Of a stretch of DNA of 64,000 nucleotides, positions 62,335 through 64,000 are shown one piece after another; position 1 is the first letter of the stretch, and each line of letters opens with the position of its first letter. Under the pieces are notes generated by a model. It did not search any database and was not told the DNA's origin. It saw only the letters and a program-made list of their open reading frames with translations. This stretch comes from Raillietiella orientalis. Its lineage: Eukaryota. The position numbers and the translations under genes were made by a program. The stretch covers positions 620,001-684,000 of the forward strand of contig JAYWIR010000026.1 of assembly GCA_036172245.1 (NCBI GenBank), written 5' to 3'.

Positions 62335-63200
62335 CTGTTGTGAGGAGCGGCCTACCAGCAGGGTGTGCAAAGGTGCTTGTTGCCAAGGAAACACGTGCCA
62401 AAGCGGTGGCAGAACGTTCGCCTCAGACGAAACCCTCTTGGAGGCCACAGGAACGACGCTGCGAGAGAATAGCGCGAGAGGGGTGCCACCACCCTCTCCG
62501 CCTTCGCGGCGCCGCGCTGTCCACGTGAAGTTTTTAGCCGATCTGCGCAACGGCCTCAGGGAGGATTTCATCTGAGGAGAACGCCCGGCCACCGCTTTCG
62601 GACTTGTAACCTTGGCAACCAGCACCTTTGAGCACCCCGGTGTAGGGATGCGGCTCACAAAAGGAGGGTAGTGGTCATACGGTCCTCAAGGTTGTTCATT
62701 AAGAAAGGGAGGGACGCGGAGGAACATTTCTGCAATGCCTTCGGCGCAACGCACTCTTCGCCCCTGGAGAACCCGCAACCGGATGCTCTCCTCGTCCAAT
62801 ATTTCGCATCGCGTGGCACGGAGGCGCCCAGTGGAACATGGGCAGCGCCCCTGCAGCCACCTGAGGGGGAGGAGGCGCGAGTTCTCCGTCGTGAACCGCA
62901 GCTCGGCATCTCCACGACGGGAAGCGCAGATGGTTAGGAGGCAAAAGGGAAGCATCCTTCCGGCCGGGGTCGAAAGTTTCTCCCAGTAGGACACGGGAAA
63001 CGTGAGAGGAGTGGACCAGAAGAGATGGTCCCCAGGAAAAGTCCGTCGAGGACGGTAGCACCTCTTCATCTCTGCCGAGGGGTTGCCGGGAAGGAGTCCA
63101 CCTCCCGGGGAACGAGTTATCCGGGAGGATCGGGGGTTGTTGCGACGCCAGCGAGCTGACCCGCGGTCCATCCGGTTACTTAGAGGTTTTCCGCCGCCCG
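62335..63200. mobile_element. Two oppositely oriented ORF1-like (zinc knuckle) remnants forming an imperfect inverted repeat
   Basis: Plus strand GCAKVLVAKETRAKAVAERSPQTKPSWRP versus minus strand GCSKVLVAKVTSPKAVAGRSPQMKSSLRP. Knuckle-like after frame repair. Confidence 0.55.
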
Positions 63201-64000
63201 AGTTCTCGCGGGAAGCTTCCCACGCCCAGCCTGTAGACAGGCGCCACGAGTCCCCAAAGCGGCAGGCACTGCTGCGGCGAAGGGCAGGTCAGCGTCGCCA
63301 GTTCACACGGACCTACCACCTCCGTGGTCATTCCGCCGTTCCGGTGGCATGGATAGAGCTTGGTGACGTCACACGTGGAATTGTTGATGCCAGCTTGCGT
63401 TCGAACCGTCTTCTTCCGCCAGGCTTGGGTGTTTGTGGGGCGGTAGGAGACCCACTGGTGTGTGCGCTCTTGCGTGGGTGGCCACTTGCCCGAGCTGGAA
63501 GCCTCAGAAAGCCAGGATCCGGAAGCAGGGTTGTCAGTCCATCTTCGTCTAGCCAGTCTACCCGCAATGGTCTGAGCTGTCCTCGTACTTCACATCCCAG
63601 ACTGAGCCATTTCATCACACCTAGATGATATCGACCGCAAGGGGCTCTTCGGGATGGCAGCCACATTTTGGCGGCAAGGCATCGCCCCTGTCGGAGACCA
63701 CGTGGTGACGGTCTCCGCGCGTGGCACCGGGCGTCGCGGGTTCGAATACTCAACAAGAATCGACGCCGAGAGATGGGGGATGCGTTGCAGGTTCGAGTCT
63801 CTCCCGCGAGATGATGCTGGTCAGCTTCTATTCGTTAGGGTGCAGCGCAGGTCGCGGTTTATCCTGGATACCCCGATGAGTGGCTGGGATTGGGAGTCGA
63901 CAAATCGACAGACGACATTCCGGGATCCTTCCAGGAATCAAGGAGGGGGAGTTCCTTCTCCAGTTGTGCAAAGGAGAGGACATCCTCTCCGTGGGGCGAC

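Noticed and set aside
63690..63812. Intact tRNA gene
   Set aside because: Acceptor and anticodon stems could not be formed convincingly.

Overview
Eukaryotic, repeat-dense, largely decayed region with no clearly intact protein-coding gene. About half of it is nested, fragmented copies of a diverse L1/Tx1-clade non-LTR retrotransposon family (CCHC zinc-knuckle ORF1; APE endonuclease-RT-zinc finger ORF2). One copy (1737-7756) is near full length and sits antisense inside an older relative, bounded by a degenerate 17-bp target-site duplication. The family has distinctive shared features: an endonuclease about 16 aa shorter than human L1 in the target-contacting hairpin region, overlapping TAATG/TGATG ORF1-ORF2 junctions, a DPE-like 5' motif, and a structured 3' end (AATAAA plus a CCGG-C-GNRA-CCGG hairpin, with covarying UTR hairpins). 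Interleaved with these are endogenous CRESS ssDNA virus sequences: a whole ambisense cap-ori-rep genome present twice, plus two more divergent Rep remnants. The window also holds a ~370-codon orphan ORF wedged between retroelement pieces (candidate captured viral gene), a Tigger/pogo remnant, a TRAX-like gene remnant and two multi-kb internal duplications. All homology calls are by-eye motif recognition without database searches, and many fragment boundaries are approximate.
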